Origin: Perna viridis
Taxonomy: Eukaryota
DNA length: 64,000 nt
Assembly: GCA_037379345.1 (NCBI GenBank)
Contig: CM074513.1
Location: forward strand, 18,414,001 to 18,478,000
Reading direction: 5' to 3'
This document shows positions 11,982 to 26,333 of the stretch, piece by piece. A program made the position numbers and the translations under genes. Under the pieces are notes generated by a model that made no database searches, was not told where the DNA came from, and saw only the letters and a program-made list of their open reading frames with translations. Position 1 is the stretch's first letter. The number at the start of each line of letters is the position of its first letter.

Positions 11982-14900
11982 ATTATTTCCAACTGACCAA
12001 GATGCAACCAGAAGATATACCGCAACTTCTCAGTGTTTTGATTGCAGAAAACTTCACAAAACAATCAAATCATATGTTTGTATCAAACAACTCGAACAAA
12101 TTTGATATGGAATGGATAAAAAAACGTGTGGAAGGTGATAGCTTTTGCAGATTTCCCACATCTTACCGATTTTGAAGCCTTGCCAATCATCCCACTTTTA
12201 AAACATGATAGTGGCAAAGTTTGTGAATTTCTAACATTAAAAGGGCTATATATACAACCTTTGGACATTAAGGAAAGTCATGTCATTGGCAGCGTTCTGC
12301 GAATAATGGGAGTATTGCAAGTTCCTGAGCATGACACTATAACATTTCCACATGGTGATGTCTTTGGAAAGTATATATTGCATCCAACTAATGAAAATGT
12401 CATAAAAATTCTGAGCAAAAGCTTGTCAAATTCATCGCCAGATGACACAGCGCACTCAGTCAACGAGTTTCTGAATAAGGAAGAGAAAATCATGCTTGCT
12501 TCGTATTTGGAGGATCATGTAACGATCATTCCAAAGGAAACACATAGATTACTCAGGAAATTTAAAATGTTCAGTTTTCATGACAATGTTTTAAAGTCAG
12601 ATTTGGTGTCTCTAGAAGAGAACAGCGAAGTACTTGACGACTTTGAATTGCAGTTTCCTCAAGGTCTTGCATATCCTAGAAAAATTATACAATGTGAACA
12701 TCTAAAACTGGCCAAACTTCTCGATGCTAATATTGTGAGTGAGAAGAAAATCATTACTGATGCTTTGACATTGATGATTGATAAAAACCAAATGTATACA
12801 ATTGAAGATGTCATAGCATTAATGAAATATCTTCAAAACCCGGACAAAATTGTTATTCTGAACGGTGTTCTGGACCAAGTCAAACAGCTGAAATTTGTTC
12901 GTGCCTTGGACAAAACTTATCATGTCCCCATGGATCTTTTTAATCCAGCAAACAATGTTTTAAAGACATTATTTTATGACCAAGAAGTTTTTCCTGACGA
13001 AAAGTTTTTGGAGGAAAATGGATTTGAACTCGAACTACTCGAAAAATTGGGATTGAAGGGATTGGACAATATTACCTCAACAGACTTAATAAGCGTTGCA
13101 AATAGAATTCACCAGTTACAGTCCAATGGTATTGAAGATGATACAAGTATCCAACAAAAAGCAGAAGCAATGATTGAATGCCTGAGACAGCGATCGAATG
13201 TTCTTTCTGAAAGAATGTTGGATGAGATTAAACATCTTTCTTGGATAAAATCTTTTAGGTTTCCCCCAGAGGGATATCCCAGTGAACTTCGTTGGTGGAA
13301 CAAAGATCTGTTTTGTTGCCCCGCTGATGTGAAAAGTATGAAATTCAAGTACATAATAGGATCAAGTATGCCACTTTTTGACAAAAATCAATTTCCTGAA
13401 TTAGCTATCAAGTATTATAGATGGGAAGATGATCCTGATGCAAAGTTAGTCATTAGTCATTTCAGACAAGTTATTGATTCATATATAAATGATCAGAATT
13501 GAAAATATCTTCTTATTGCCAAAGATATATTACAGTTCATTCATGAAGCAAGACAGACTGAACGAATATCAGATGGAGACTTTGCTGTTTTACAAAAAAT
13601 GCAATGTATCCCAACTGGAAATACTGGTTTTAAAGACCCGAACATGGTAGTAAAGAAGATAGATAGGAAAATTGTAAATTACAATTTGGAACCATTTTTG
13701 TTTGAAATGGCAACTGAGGCAGATCTTTTCAGCGAAACATGCTTGGAGCTGGGTATGTGGGGGGAAATTGACTTAAATGTTCTCAAATTAATTCTTAAAC
13801 GTATCGACTCAAAGTACAAAGGAGAAAAAGACGAATCATGGTGTATTGGTACTGACATGAATTTAGTAAAAAGCGTGTTGAGAACAATAGTTGAAATGAA
13901 AAACGAGAAGTCATATTTAATGGACCTTCTTGTGCCCATTGTGGGTGACAGAAAAGTTCTGTCATTCGAATCTGTGGAAAAATGCACATACTCTTCCGGA
14001 AAAAGTTTCCTTTCTGTCAATAATTCAATGGATGATGATTATGAAAATGAAAGTCACAAAATAATTTACACTCATCCAGACATCAATGAACTGGCACCTA
14101 AACTTGGAGTGGCGTCTGTTACTAAACGTTTCATGGCTGATCAAAACACAGCTCCGATGGCGTGGGGCCAGGAAGAAACGCTAACCACAAGAATCGCAGG
14201 ATTACTTGACAGCTATGCCGATGGATTTGCTGTGTTAAAAGAGCTCATTCAGAACAGTGACGATGCAGGTGCGACAAAGGTGAACGTCCTGTATGATGAA
14301 CGAAATAATTTGGACATGCGCGATGGATTGTTTGACCCAGAAATGGCTGAGTGTCAAGGTCAAGCTCTCTGGATTTACAATGATGCTTTATTTGAGGAAA
14401 AAGATTTTAAGAATATCATCAAGCTTGGCGGTAAAACAAAAATAGTGGACACAGAGAAGATTGGAAAGTTCGGCCTTGGATTCTGTTCAGTGTACAATAT
14501 TACGGATGTACCAAGTTTTGTCAGTGGGAAGGATATGGTTATATTTGATCCGCATTTATGTCACCTAAGAGAAGCTATAGGCTCTAAACCAGGTCTCCGA
14601 TTTCCATTGACAACAGAGTTCAAGAAAAACTTTCCAAACCAATTCAGTCCTTTCAACAATGTGTTTGGTTGTAATCTTGAGTCTTCAAACAAAAATGAAT
14701 ACGATTCGACATTATTCCGTTTGCCACTTCGTACCCAGAAGCAAGCAGAAAGGGGAGAAATAAAACATATGCCTTACACCAAAAGGGAGGTTATTGAATT
14801 ATTGCAGAAGTTCTTAGAAGGTGCAGGGAATGTGCTTTTGTTTACTCAAAACGTAACAGAGGTTGGTATCTTCCACCTTGACCAACACAGCACAAATCCA

Positions 14901-17900
14901 GACTCAGATATGAAACCTGTTTTCAGAGTTTCGAAGAACGACGTGACAAAATCGGGGACCGTTTACAATGTGTTAAAGGATGTTACCTCGCTCATGAAAA
15001 ATGACGATATTTCATACATTAGACTACCTTCACACTTCATCGACATAGACATACAAATCTTTTAATACGTAACTCAGCTGTTGCCAAGCTTTGTTCCAAA
15101 ATGTCAAGAACAAAATGTGTCATGGGTGATTTCTTGGTCAACAGGAAGACGTTCCTTTGAATTGGCTAAGGAACTCTCTGAACAAGGAGCAATTCCCGTG
15201 GGAAGTGTCGCCGTACCTGTTTCAAGAAAGGGGGAAGAAGTCACATGCTTCCGTAAAATGAAAAATCTACCTGAAATTGGATTTTACAAAAGTAGTTATA
15301 TTTTCTGCTTCATACCTTTGCCAGAGAAAATAAATCTTCCTGTTTATATCAATGGTTGTTTTAATGTAGAACAAGACCGGAAGAGAATTTTGTGCCATAA
15401 CGAAGACGACAAAGGTACAATCAATACTCAATGGAATGATAATATGCTGGGGGATGTAATACCAAGTGCTTATTTGGATCTACTGGTTTCAGTCACGGAT
15501 AGACACACCAAGGCTGCACTCGAGGACAATTATTGGACGTTATGGCCAAAACTTACCGATGGACCAAGGCAACCTACGGACTTGTTAATCGAGTCCTTTT
15601 ATAGAAGAATCTTGACAGAACCTTATCCACCAGTTTTCTATCGAAAACAAGAAGGGAAATTAGCCAATGTGTGTTCTATTAAAGATTGTATTTTTCTTGA
15701 ACCATCCTTTCGTTGTTCAGATATAATTGGTGATTACGCTTTTGGGTGCTTATCAAAGTTTTTTAGTAATGACAGAGGTCGTGAACGTGAAGTAATGGAC
15801 ATGACAGTGGAGTTGTATGAACGATTTAAGAAGACCTGTGGTGAAAATATCAAAGCTATTGAAGTTTGCATGATAAAAAAACAGACATTCTTTGAATACT
15901 TCTTTTTTCCGAATTTAAGAAACCCATATTGGGATAAAAGAGACATGTTTGAAATGAGAAATGCACTGGTGAAAGAGGCTTTAAATGATCCTTCCCTCCG
16001 TTTGGTGGCAAAGAACTATGCGTGTATTCCGGTAAAACCTGTGAAGGAAAATATCTTGCGAAAGCCAAGTGATTTGATAGACGAAAATGGATCAGTCAAG
16101 GCACTTTTTGATGAAAGTGATGATAGGTTTCCTTCAAATGATTTCCAATCTCACTCAAAGGAGTTATTGCAACTAGGTATGATGAATACACTTATTCCAT
16201 CTACAATTCTTGTAGAAAGGGCTAAATCGGTGTCAGAACTGACTTTTGAGAAAGCTGTTTTGAGATCAAATGCAATTATGCAATAACTAGATAAGAATTG
16301 TTCACATCATTCTGACGTAAAACAAATATTAGGAAAAGTTCCTTTTCTTCATGCGATGAAAAGACCTGAAGACTGGCCGATCAGATGGAAAGCTGACGAG
16401 TTTGACGATGAAGAATTGTTGTCACCTTCGGAAATTTATCGCCCGGTAGACAGACATACAGTTGGCTCTGTTGGATACATTGTAAGAGACTTGACAAATT
16501 GTCCAACTTTAGAAAACGCGTTGAACTTTCTGCAGTTCAAAGGGGTTAGTTTAACAGTTTCACAGCTTGAAATCTTAGGCGAAGAAAACTTGAATATTTC
16601 AGATAATCTGACGGGAATATACAATGAAATGTATGCTAAATTGAATTATTTATTATCAAATGAATATCCTGATACAGACATTGAAAAACGTATACAGGCA
16701 TTAAAATATCGAAATGTTATTTGTTTATCATCAACAATAGTACAACCTGATCAGGTGGCTGGTACTATTATTGGAGATTGCTCCCCGTACTTGTACAAAA
16801 TGGATTTATCAAAATATGACGCCTTGTGGAAACAAATGAAAATCCCAAAGAAGTTTGATAGCGACAAATTTATTGCTTGGATCGACAAGATTTGGAATTG
16901 TAACAAAAACATGAAGATGCAGGAAAATGAGGTATTTGGCACGGTGAACGTACTAAACAATTTATGTAATATTGAAAAGGGAACCTGTATAAAGGAGAAA
17001 GAAAGGTTGGTTGTACCGGACGAAAATTGTTTTTTACAGCCAATATCAGAAGTATGTTTCGAAGACCGATACGTAGGGTATCTGCGGGGAAGTAAATCAG
17101 CAAAAATTATTCATCCGTATGTCAATCAAACTATTATCCACACACTAGGAATCATGTCAAAGAGGCAATTTCATCTGTCTAAATATTCAAGCGGAATAAG
17201 AACCCCATTTGGCCAGAAGGAAAAACTTACGACGCGGCTTAAAGGAATATTATCAGCTTATCCTCTTAATCATTCTGTAATGAATGAACTACTTCAGAAT
17301 GCTGACGACGCGGGCGCGTCCGAGGTTCATTTCGTCCTTGACTGTCGACAACATGAAGCGGTACACATATTTGATGACAGTTGGAAATCCTTGCAAGGAC
17401 CAGCTCTGTGTGTTGTAAATGACGCATGTTTTTTCAGAAAAAGATTTAGAAGGAATCCAAAGCCTCGGAGAAGGCAGTAAAAGTGATGATCCGACAAAGA
17501 CAGGCAAGTTTGGCATTGGTTTTAATTCTGTCTATCACTTAACGGACGTTCCATCGTTTTTATCAAAAGGACCTCAGACACCAAATGGTGGAACATTTTG
17601 TGTTTTTGATCCCCACTGCAAATATGTCTCCCTTGCAGAAGAGTGCAGTCCAGGTATGCAGATTCAAAATCTTAGTATCTTTGAAGAAAGTTTCAGAGAC
17701 ATTTACAGTTCATTTTTGCAAAAAGAGTTACAATACAAAGTAGGAACGTGCTTTAGACTACCTCTGAGGACAAAAGAAATGGCAAAAATGTCTGAAATCA
17801 AAAGCCAAGATATAACCGTAGATGATGTTGTTCATTTGCTAGAACAGATGGAAATCGATCTTGAACGCAGCTTGCTATTTTTAAATAGTATTAAGAGGAT

Positions 17901-20900
17901 AAGCATATCAAAAATTAAAGCCGACAGTAAGGAATTGACAGACACAAAGACTGTTCAGCTGGAAACGGGACAAAGCGATGGACAGAGGAGACGGGAGTTT
18001 TTGACATATATTAAAGAAGCCTCACTTTCGATGAAGAATGGGTGCAAACAGTTGACAGATATCAATTACTCAGAAGTACGACACCAGATTAGCGTCAACG
18101 GAAAACAATGGCATGTTGTTGAAGGATTTGGTTTTCCTGAAACGTCATCTTTGTCGGGTAGGCTAGTCAATGAATTTTCTAAGACTATAGTATTTTACCC
18201 AGAGTAGGAATAGCTACATGCATCCAGGAAACCAATTCCAAAGATGGTAGGGCATTTTGTTTATTGCCAATGCCGGTAAAAACGGGTTTGCCAGTGCATG
18301 TGAATGGTCATTTCGCACTTGATCAAAACAGAAGCAATTTGTTTGGGGGTACACATGAAAATGATATAAGATTCATCTGGAATCGATGCTTGATTGAACA
18401 AACAGTTGCAAATACATATGCAAGCTTGCTTCTGTTCCAAAAAGAGTTGCTGCACCAAGACGTAGACCGACAATCATTGTCACATTTCTTTAAAAGTTTC
18501 CCAATTTATCGTGATGCATCAGAGTTCTGGTGGACCGAGCTTGTCTACAACACATATAGATGGATTTTCAAAAGAGAATTACCAATATTCCGAATTTGCC
18601 CAAATTACATCGTAGATACTTGCATGGTACATGAACCTGGGAGAATAAGACGAGACACAAATGTAAAACCTTTACAATGGGTTTCCCTTAGAACATCAGA
18701 GGGCTCGTTCAATGCGGTTTTTGACCATCTTTGCATTTATTTTAAGGAAAGAAAGCTAAAGGTCAATGCAAATACTTTAAGATATGCAAAACATGACGAT
18801 TTTTCGACAAGTCAACTGTACTACGGTCCACGCTACAAATCAAAGGAAGAAACCACATGCTTATTTGACAAAGAAGAAGAAATTCGAAATATCTTAGTTA
18901 ACTTGGGTATGAAACTTATTTGTACACCTATTGATGTTTACAAGAGCATCACAGATGGTTGTTCAGAGTTCGTTCATCATAAGGGCTACCAACATGAAAC
19001 TAATCCCAATGGCATTTGTATATGTCCAAAACGTATAAGTCCAGCGTTCACAATCGAGTTTTTAAAGTCGTGGAATTCTGATGCTAAAGATAAATGTTGT
19101 TTAGGTGATTTACCTTCCAAATTGTCAGATACTATTCTGGATCGAATCTCAAAGGTTTTGTCTCTTTTGCATTTTTGTTTTAAGGCAGATCAGTTTTCAG
19201 CTACAAATTTGACAAACGTACCGCTTCTTATAACCAATGAAGGCAAATTGAAAGCGTTCAACGAACAAAATTCAGAAATTTTGTCCGCTTATTGCGATCT
19301 TTTCCCTTCGTCAAATGACTTGTTTATACACAGACATGAAGTCAATTTATTACAAAAATACAAAAGTATTTTCAGAGCTTTAGATGTTAAAATTGTTTTC
19401 GAGCTCTTGCCTAAGTCTTTAGAATCTAAAGTTTTTAAAGGTAGATCGAAAATGCCGTTTCCCACACAATCGCGTCTTATAAACAATCAATGGCTTCGAA
19501 TGTTTTGGGATTGCTTGAATGACTTTGAATGTATTGACATGTTAATTGAATGGTGCCTCCTACCTTGCAACTTGCCTGGTGGACAGAAAATGCTTGTTTC
19601 TCTGGATCATGCGCATGTTGTTTGTGACGTAGACAGTTTTAGAGAAATTGAAACGGGGCCAGTTAGAGCATTTCAAAAGAGGACGCTTGCTGATATTTTT
19701 ACTGATCTACGTCTCCCAATGCCAGATGAAGTGCAGAAACATTCTGTCCACATTCGTAATTTCATTGCTTCATATAGAAAACCCAGCAAAATTGTTGATT
19801 GTCTATTTTGGAATAAGGACTCTGCTTGTTGGCCATCTCTTAATGACAATGATTTTTTTTAACGAGATTTTGAATTATTTTTGTTATGAGATTGACGAAC
19901 TTGGTGATGTAGGTAAAACACGGTTGCGAAGTCTGCCAATATTTGTATCCTTGACAGATCCAGTACAGACATTCTCTTTGGAAAGTGTCGACAAATGTTT
20001 AGTAGTCAAGTCTGAAATACTGACCATATATGATGGATTGCAATCTCTCTGCAACTCAACAAACACTTTACTAATAAGGCATAATGCATATCACGAAAAA
20101 CTTTATCCTGCCTTAAAATGCATTATTTGTTATAATGAGGGTTCCACCGTCCACAGGCATCCATTGTTGAAGTTGTACACGAACTTCATTCTGCCAAACT
20201 ACAGCAAATTTCCGAATTTTGAAACACAAATGCGTCATTTAGAGTTTGTTCGAAATAAACTCTTAACTTATAAGGATATACTATGTATTTTGAGGAGTTT
20301 GAAGTTTATAAAAGATCCGAAATCAAGTGAATTGAAGCTGGCTGGTGATTTTTATAGTCCACACAAAGCGCTATTTTTAACATTTTGTAAGGCAGATTTA
20401 CCCCCAGAACCATTTTGTCGACCAGAGTGGAAGAAACTCATGGAACTCGGCGGAATGAAAACTGTGGCAAATAAAGAGTTATTTATTCAATTTGCCAAAC
20501 AAATACAGCAAAGTGGTAAAACTGACAGTTCAGTGGCACAAGCGAAGGTACTTATACAAAATGTCTTTCAGCTTGACAATTTAGAAGAGGAGTCAAGTTT
20601 TCTTGACGAAATCAGTAAAATAGATTTCATTCCTTCATACACTGTCAGTACAGATCACTCGTTCGTTTGTGCTCAGTATGCAAAAGATCAGCTTATTTCC
20701 TTTCGTGAATCAGTTCCATATAAATTTGAAAGCCTTGTTTGGACTATGCAAAAACTATTGCCAGATTATGCAACCAAATGTAGTGAAATAGTTCTTCGAA
20801 AGATGCATGTACAAATAAAACCGAACACCGATAGTGTCATTTCTCATATACACCAAGTATGTGAGGCTCTGCAAAAACAAAGTAACTGCAATGCTACTGC

Positions 20901-22915
20901 CAAGGGTATAATAGAAACCTTTTACAAGTTCCTAAGTAATGCTGCTGTTACTAAACAAGAAATAGAAATAAGATTATCGCAAACTCCCATTATCCCAATT
21001 CTTGAACATAATATATTTGCTGAGGCAAAATATGTTGTCCTGAACCTGAAGTCCGAAAAAGAAATAAAGCCATATATCCTTAAAGCTTCAGTTTATTTTG
21101 GGAAATATTTTGAATTGTTCAAGGCATTAGGTGCTGCTGACGAAGTTTCCATAATACACTACTGTAGGACATTAAAACTAATTAAACAGAAAATCCGTGA
21201 TTCTACAATGATCCCTGACGAATTGGAGATTGTTAAAAGGGCAATTCAAGGAGTTGTGGTGTGCTTGTCTAGTGGACAAGGTGATAAGCTGTTAAAACAG
21301 AAGGATACCACTCTCATTTTATACTTATTGAATGAAGACAAGAAATTAAAACCGTCGCAAACATTGGTTATTGCAGACAAATCTGGAATACGGAGTCGCT
21401 TAACGTCACAAAATAAAATTGAATTTATATGTAAATGGACAAAATTGGGAATAACCCAAACAAATTTCGATCCCAATGAAGTTATAATGAGATTACCACC
21501 TACAATGCGTCCACAACTGCTTTCCGAAGTCGTGATGGAAGATCTCATCAACCTCTCACCACCTGTTCACAGTACTGTTGTTAATGATTTTAAAGACTTT
21601 ATAAATGGGGAACTTTTTAAGTATATTGTCAATAGACTAGTAAAGACATTCCAGCAAATTCATTCAATCCAGATATCAAAAGAGGAATTCGACAATATAT
21701 TCTCTAATCTAAAATCTCTTGAGGTGCATGCGTTGAAAAGTATTGAAACGGTATTGATACATGAAGGTCAGCGATTAAATGGAAGCGAATCTCAGCAACA
21801 AATGTTTTATAACAGAAAGCAACACATCCTATCTAAAAAGCGAAGTCGATATTCTTTTAAATGCTTTTAGCTTAGCAGAGGTTTTGGTTGATTTATGCAA
21901 TAAAAAGGTACAAGATAACCATATTCAGGCTTGTTTATCGCTTTTTCGGAGTCAGGTTAGTGATATTGAGTATTTCTTGGATGATAAAATACATGCAGTC
22001 AAAATTGATTTTAATTTGTCTGAAATTTCCTTGATTCCTTCCCCGGGAAACGCCCTGGAAGAAGATCTCATTGACTTACTGATTGCAGACTTCACAACTT
22101 TCGAGGTTGGGGAGACTGTGGTGTATGAACACTACGACGATAGTGGAGAAGCCTCTGGCGATGCGATCTTTGTTTACATTTATGTCAAAATTGTCCACCG
22201 CTTTTCTGATATAAGTGAAAGATTTCCTCGATACATCGTTGATATAGGAAACAGGGAAGAAAGGACAGTGAAATCACACCGACTGTACAAGCTTGTTAGA
22301 TCATCGGATACGCCAACAACAGACATTGAACTTTTTTCCGATGGACATTCGCTTCGTGAATGTGGAAGGCATGACGATATCAAACGGGGAGTAGAAGAGA
22401 CACTTGTTGACGCGATGAAACTTGGTGAGGAAGAATTTAAAATAATTCTGAGAAGGTTATTGAAACGCTGGCATCCAGATAAAAATCAAAATTCAAGATT
22501 TTGCGCTGACATATTTATGCATATAAAAGAATTTGCTAAAAAGTTAATGTCGAAAGATATAGACGCGTTAAAAGTAGATTCGTATAGATACCCAAACACA
22601 TGGCATGATCATGTTGAAAGAGCAACTGTAGTGAGGAAATCAATAAAGGTCTTCACGTTTGATGTCGATGGTTTTGCTTCTGGTCTCGAACAACATTGGA
22701 GAAGAAATGGGACATTTTCTAGGTTTGGTCATGGAGGTTGTAGAGACTATCAAGCATATTCTACTTCCATATATAAAAAGTATGTCCCTAATCCCCAACC
22801 GCGTATGGCAAGAGTATGGATTCAGCAGGCAAAGTATGATATAAGAACTGCTTGTAAAGCTTTGGAGGGAGCAGAAAGTACTTCATATAATTGGATTTGT
22901 GTTTTGAGTCAACAG
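11982..22915 (+). pseudogene. Copy A giant (~10.9 kb) exon: SR2, SR3, J domain and start of HEPN
   Basis: TTCACAG acceptor and CAG|GTCAGT donor; chain of long sacsin-like ORFs broken by stops and frameshifts. Confidence 0.9.
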
Positions 22916-23443
22916 GTCAGTTTTATAAATTTGTAATATTCACTTGATGTAAACTTACAGTTGTAATCAAGTGATTTTCAAAAAATCCCTATAAAGTTAA
23001 AATCCGTAAAGCCAGTGTGAAAATAAAAAAAAAAAACCTAGGTTTTCATAATGTTTGAATAAAATCATCAAACTGTGTTCAAGAAAACAGAACAATTTTT
23101 CAAACGAAAATTGTTTACATGTACATACATTCATTGGTGTCAAGTAAAGATATTAAGGTAATAACACATCTGGGGACCGGTATCACAAAATTTGATCGTA
23201 ATATTATTCTTCTATCTAACACTATTTTCAACTTTACCGAAGCAACGTTTGATTAAAACGGTTTAATAATAAAGCGTCTTTTTCATAATAATTTTGTAGA
23301 TCCAGGTAAGAAACTTACTCATGGAAGTGCTTGTCTACCCTCAATGTGGTGGCCTCAAATGGTCTTAGATCGCAGAAATGTATTATTACTCGATGATGCT
23401 TACTATCTTACTTTCCTTGAAAAATATTTATTTTATTTTTTAG

Positions 23444-23716
23444 GCGGCTGAGAAATCCTTGAAGTCAGTACAAATACAGAAAGATGAAAAGAGACTTGAA
23501 AATACGCATTCGCTTATGTTGTCCTTTGTTAATGAAGCTGTTAATCAGGAGCTAAAACAAAATGCTGATGAGCTTGAAAGAATTGTTGGGAATTATTCAA
23601 GAATGCGGTACCCAAGAATGATTGATTACCCAAACCCTCCAGGAAATCTCTACTCAAGAGAAGATGCTGAAAAAGCAATCGATTTGGCTAAAGCAATAGA
23701 CGAGAAGTATTTTTAG
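23444..23716 (+). pseudogene. Copy A terminal exon, HEPN domain
   Basis: Polypyrimidine-TAG acceptor; AAEKSLKSVQ..THSL..YSRMRYP..DAEKAIDLAK. Confidence 0.85.
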
Positions 23717-23727
23717 TAGTTATCACT

Positions 23728-23733
23728 AATAAA
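23728..23733 (+). promoter_or_regulatory. Candidate polyadenylation signal AATAAA
   Basis: Lies 11 nt after the copy A stop; the AT-rich context weakens the call. Confidence 0.3.
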
Positions 23734-24476
23734 GACTTTGATTTATACATATATGTAATAATTAAGAGATAATTTGCAATACTGCAGGGATATATTAAGA
23801 CTCTTGGTGTATATTGATATGGTTCATTATTCCTGTCTATTTTGTCTTAATTGAAATGATAATTGCAATTTTATCTTGAATTTTGTTGATTGTTGTTTAT
23901 GAATATACTCCTGCTAAAAAAATGTCTTTGAGATTCTAAAATTAATAATCAGAAGGTTTAATTTCCCTTTTGGTTTTACCACAGAGATTATATAACTTTA
24001 GGGAAAAACTAAACATTTCCACCAATTTCTATATTAGTTCGTTGAACTATTGGAAGATCACATGTTCTAACTGCAGTTTAATGATTTTTTAATGTCATTT
24101 ATTTATTTCTATTCATTATTTAATGTTATTTCCTATCCTGAGAATTTTATCTAAAGCATGCTGACATTCTTCTTATGTCTGGTCTGCTTAACATAAACTA
24201 AAATAGGAAACCTCTCCGCATATTGGTTTGTATATAAATATTTATGGTGTGATTTAAGATCAACTTGAAATTATTTTGTTTTATTGTATTCCTTTTTCAA
24301 ATGCATAATAAGTATTTCTCTTTTTTAACAAATTAAAGCCTACCCTAAACATTGTGAGGTCATTTTGGCTCAAGTACAATTAAAGTATTGATTGATTCCT
24401 TATTAAGTCAATGTAACATATTTCTGAAAATAAAATAATTTTACAACTCCCTCCCCTATTTTTATATGGCGGCATA

Positions 24477-24480
<4 letters not shown>

Positions 24481-24510
<30 letters not shown>
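24481..24510. repeat. Poly-T tract (30 nt)
   Basis: Directly visible. Confidence 0.95.
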
Positions 24511-24512
<2 letters not shown>

Positions 24513-25909
24513 CTAATGGTGTTATAGTTTTAGGCTATCTACGTTAGTTTTTACTTGACAAGGAACTTAATCATGTATTATAGTTATATTTTTGCCCTTT
24601 GCAACATTCATTACAAAAAGATATACATTTGAAAAATTAAAGACTCTCTCTTTCCCTTTCATTTTAATGATTTGCAATGTATCAGTACTGATAAAGTGTA
24701 ATGTATAATTAAAAACTGTTCATTTTTATGTTGCTTTTGTGAACAAAATTCATGTTTGACTTTTATACAATTTATGAGCTGTAGTGCACTGTTTGCGCTT
24801 GTTGTCATTCTGTAAATTAAAGTCTATGTAAACTATTATAGTCATTATTTCTCTTTCCCTATCTGTATACATAACATTTTTCGTCGTTGTTTATGTTTTT
24901 CTTTTCTTTTGTTGTTTCTTTGTTTCCTGTTTTGTTTGTTTGTTTTGCTTTGTTTTTGCTTTTTTTTGTTTGTTTTTTTTTTTCACTATTGTACTTTTAT
25001 ACTACACGCATTTTATGTATTATGATGTTTTTGACAATATTAAGTGTTGTTTTCGTGTATATTATAATTTCGTTTAGATTTAGTTTAAGATGGTCACCTT
25101 TTGCAAAAATGTGTGAATAAAAATCTGGATTGTCTTTTGTTTATGTCATACATGTATTTATCAATACAAAAAGGTCGTAATTATATCCTTTGCTAAATTG
25201 GGTGGATTAGTTAGGCTTTAAGAAACACTGTAGAATGGTTAATTTGGTATTTGTATTTCTTTGGTCTCTGATGCCTTGTTTCTTACATTTTTTAATAACA
25301 ATATAATTATTAACAGTTTTAATAATAATAATTTTATTCAATAATTGACGTGATTTATTGTGAGGTGTATTATTAAAGAAGGTGACGCAAATTATTTGAC
25401 TGGACACATATTTATGAGAAATATGGTATACAAAATTGCGATGCACATAATTTGATAATTACATTCAAAGCATGAAATTAGTATTATATACAACCCTTTT
25501 GCAATTTCGTAGAAAACGGTTTTCAGAATATTTGTTGTTTTCAATTGTTTATAATTTGAATTTTGATTAATCTGTATGAATATTTTACTAAACTTTAAAA
25601 TGCACGTTCAGTACAATCAATACGAACAGAAATCTGGTTTTAAGCTATTTTTTTTATAAAAGTACTCTCAACGTTAATTAGGAAAAACAAGCACCTGCTG
25701 ACACCATTTTCAATGTTTTTAGGAAAACATACATACAAGCGAGTTGTACTTAAGATTTTGTTAGAATATTTTAGTGTGTATTCATTTCCTGTTTCTGAAA
25801 TTTTGTTTATTGTCTATTCGCTTATTATATATGTGTGATTTTAGATTAAAGTTTGTTTTTCTCAATGAAAGTTGTAAATGATCGAATTCGAGAAATAATT
25901 TAACTTTCC

Positions 25910-26333
25910 GTCAAATTTGCGAAACAAATTTTTGGTGTTCCCTTCGTGGGACTCGAACACGTACCTCTGTGACATCTACGGGAATCGTGGATTGTTACGG
26001 TGTATCCATCTGCACCAAGAATACTGATTTGTTCAACGTGTCATAGTTTTCATTTCCTCTTTTGTCTACCCTGGACTCGATTTCTATTAGCAACTCGACG
26101 GGTGTTTCTAGACAATCATAGGACGCTTATCCTACCGGTACATCTTGTCCATGCTCTCAGTTTTAGGTGTCAGAGTAACCACAAGTAATACATATAAGTA
26201 CTTTTCTTACTTGTATGTATTACTTGTGGATATTTGACGTTATTTTTGTGCGTGTCTGTATCCCATGTCTGGTCTTTGTCCTTGGATAACATTCTGTATA
26301 TTTCTGCTCCAATCTCGCTTCCCTTGATTATCT
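25910..26333. mobile_element. Composite retroelement relic: inverted tRNA-like head (25910-25982, -) joined to a Penelope-like 3' end (~25983-26333, +)
   Basis: First part matches 37093-37165; second part matches the reverse complement of ~46122-46460. Confidence 0.75.

Larger units (their letters stand above)
8381..23716 (+). pseudogene. SACS: Sacsin-like pseudogene, copy A (3x HATPase sacsin repeats, J domain, HEPN)
   Basis: Exons 8381-8555, 9055-9179, 9724-9831, 10593-10740, 11982-22915 and 23444-23716 with GT-AG junctions and compatible phases. Motifs: ELVQNAEDAGA, KVGRFGLGFKSVFH, ELIQNSDDAGA..GKFGLGFCSVY, ELLQNADDAGA..GKFGIGFNSVYH, LKRWHPDKN, AAEKSLK..H..RYP. Disablements: TAA 8390, TGA 10641, TGA 13500, TAA 15063, TAA 16284, frameshifts near 12120, 17430, 18190, 19855 and 21800, and one exon deleted. 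Confidence 0.93.

Noticed and set aside
10641-13502. In-frame TGA codons as selenocysteine or readthrough in sacsin A
   Set aside because: Copy B has TGG at the first site, and TAA stops and frameshifts co-occur, so this is ordinary decay
11982-22915. Intact sacsin broken only by sequencing errors
   Set aside because: Some frameshifts lie in homopolymers, but several substitution-type stops and a whole-exon deletion indicate a real pseudogene
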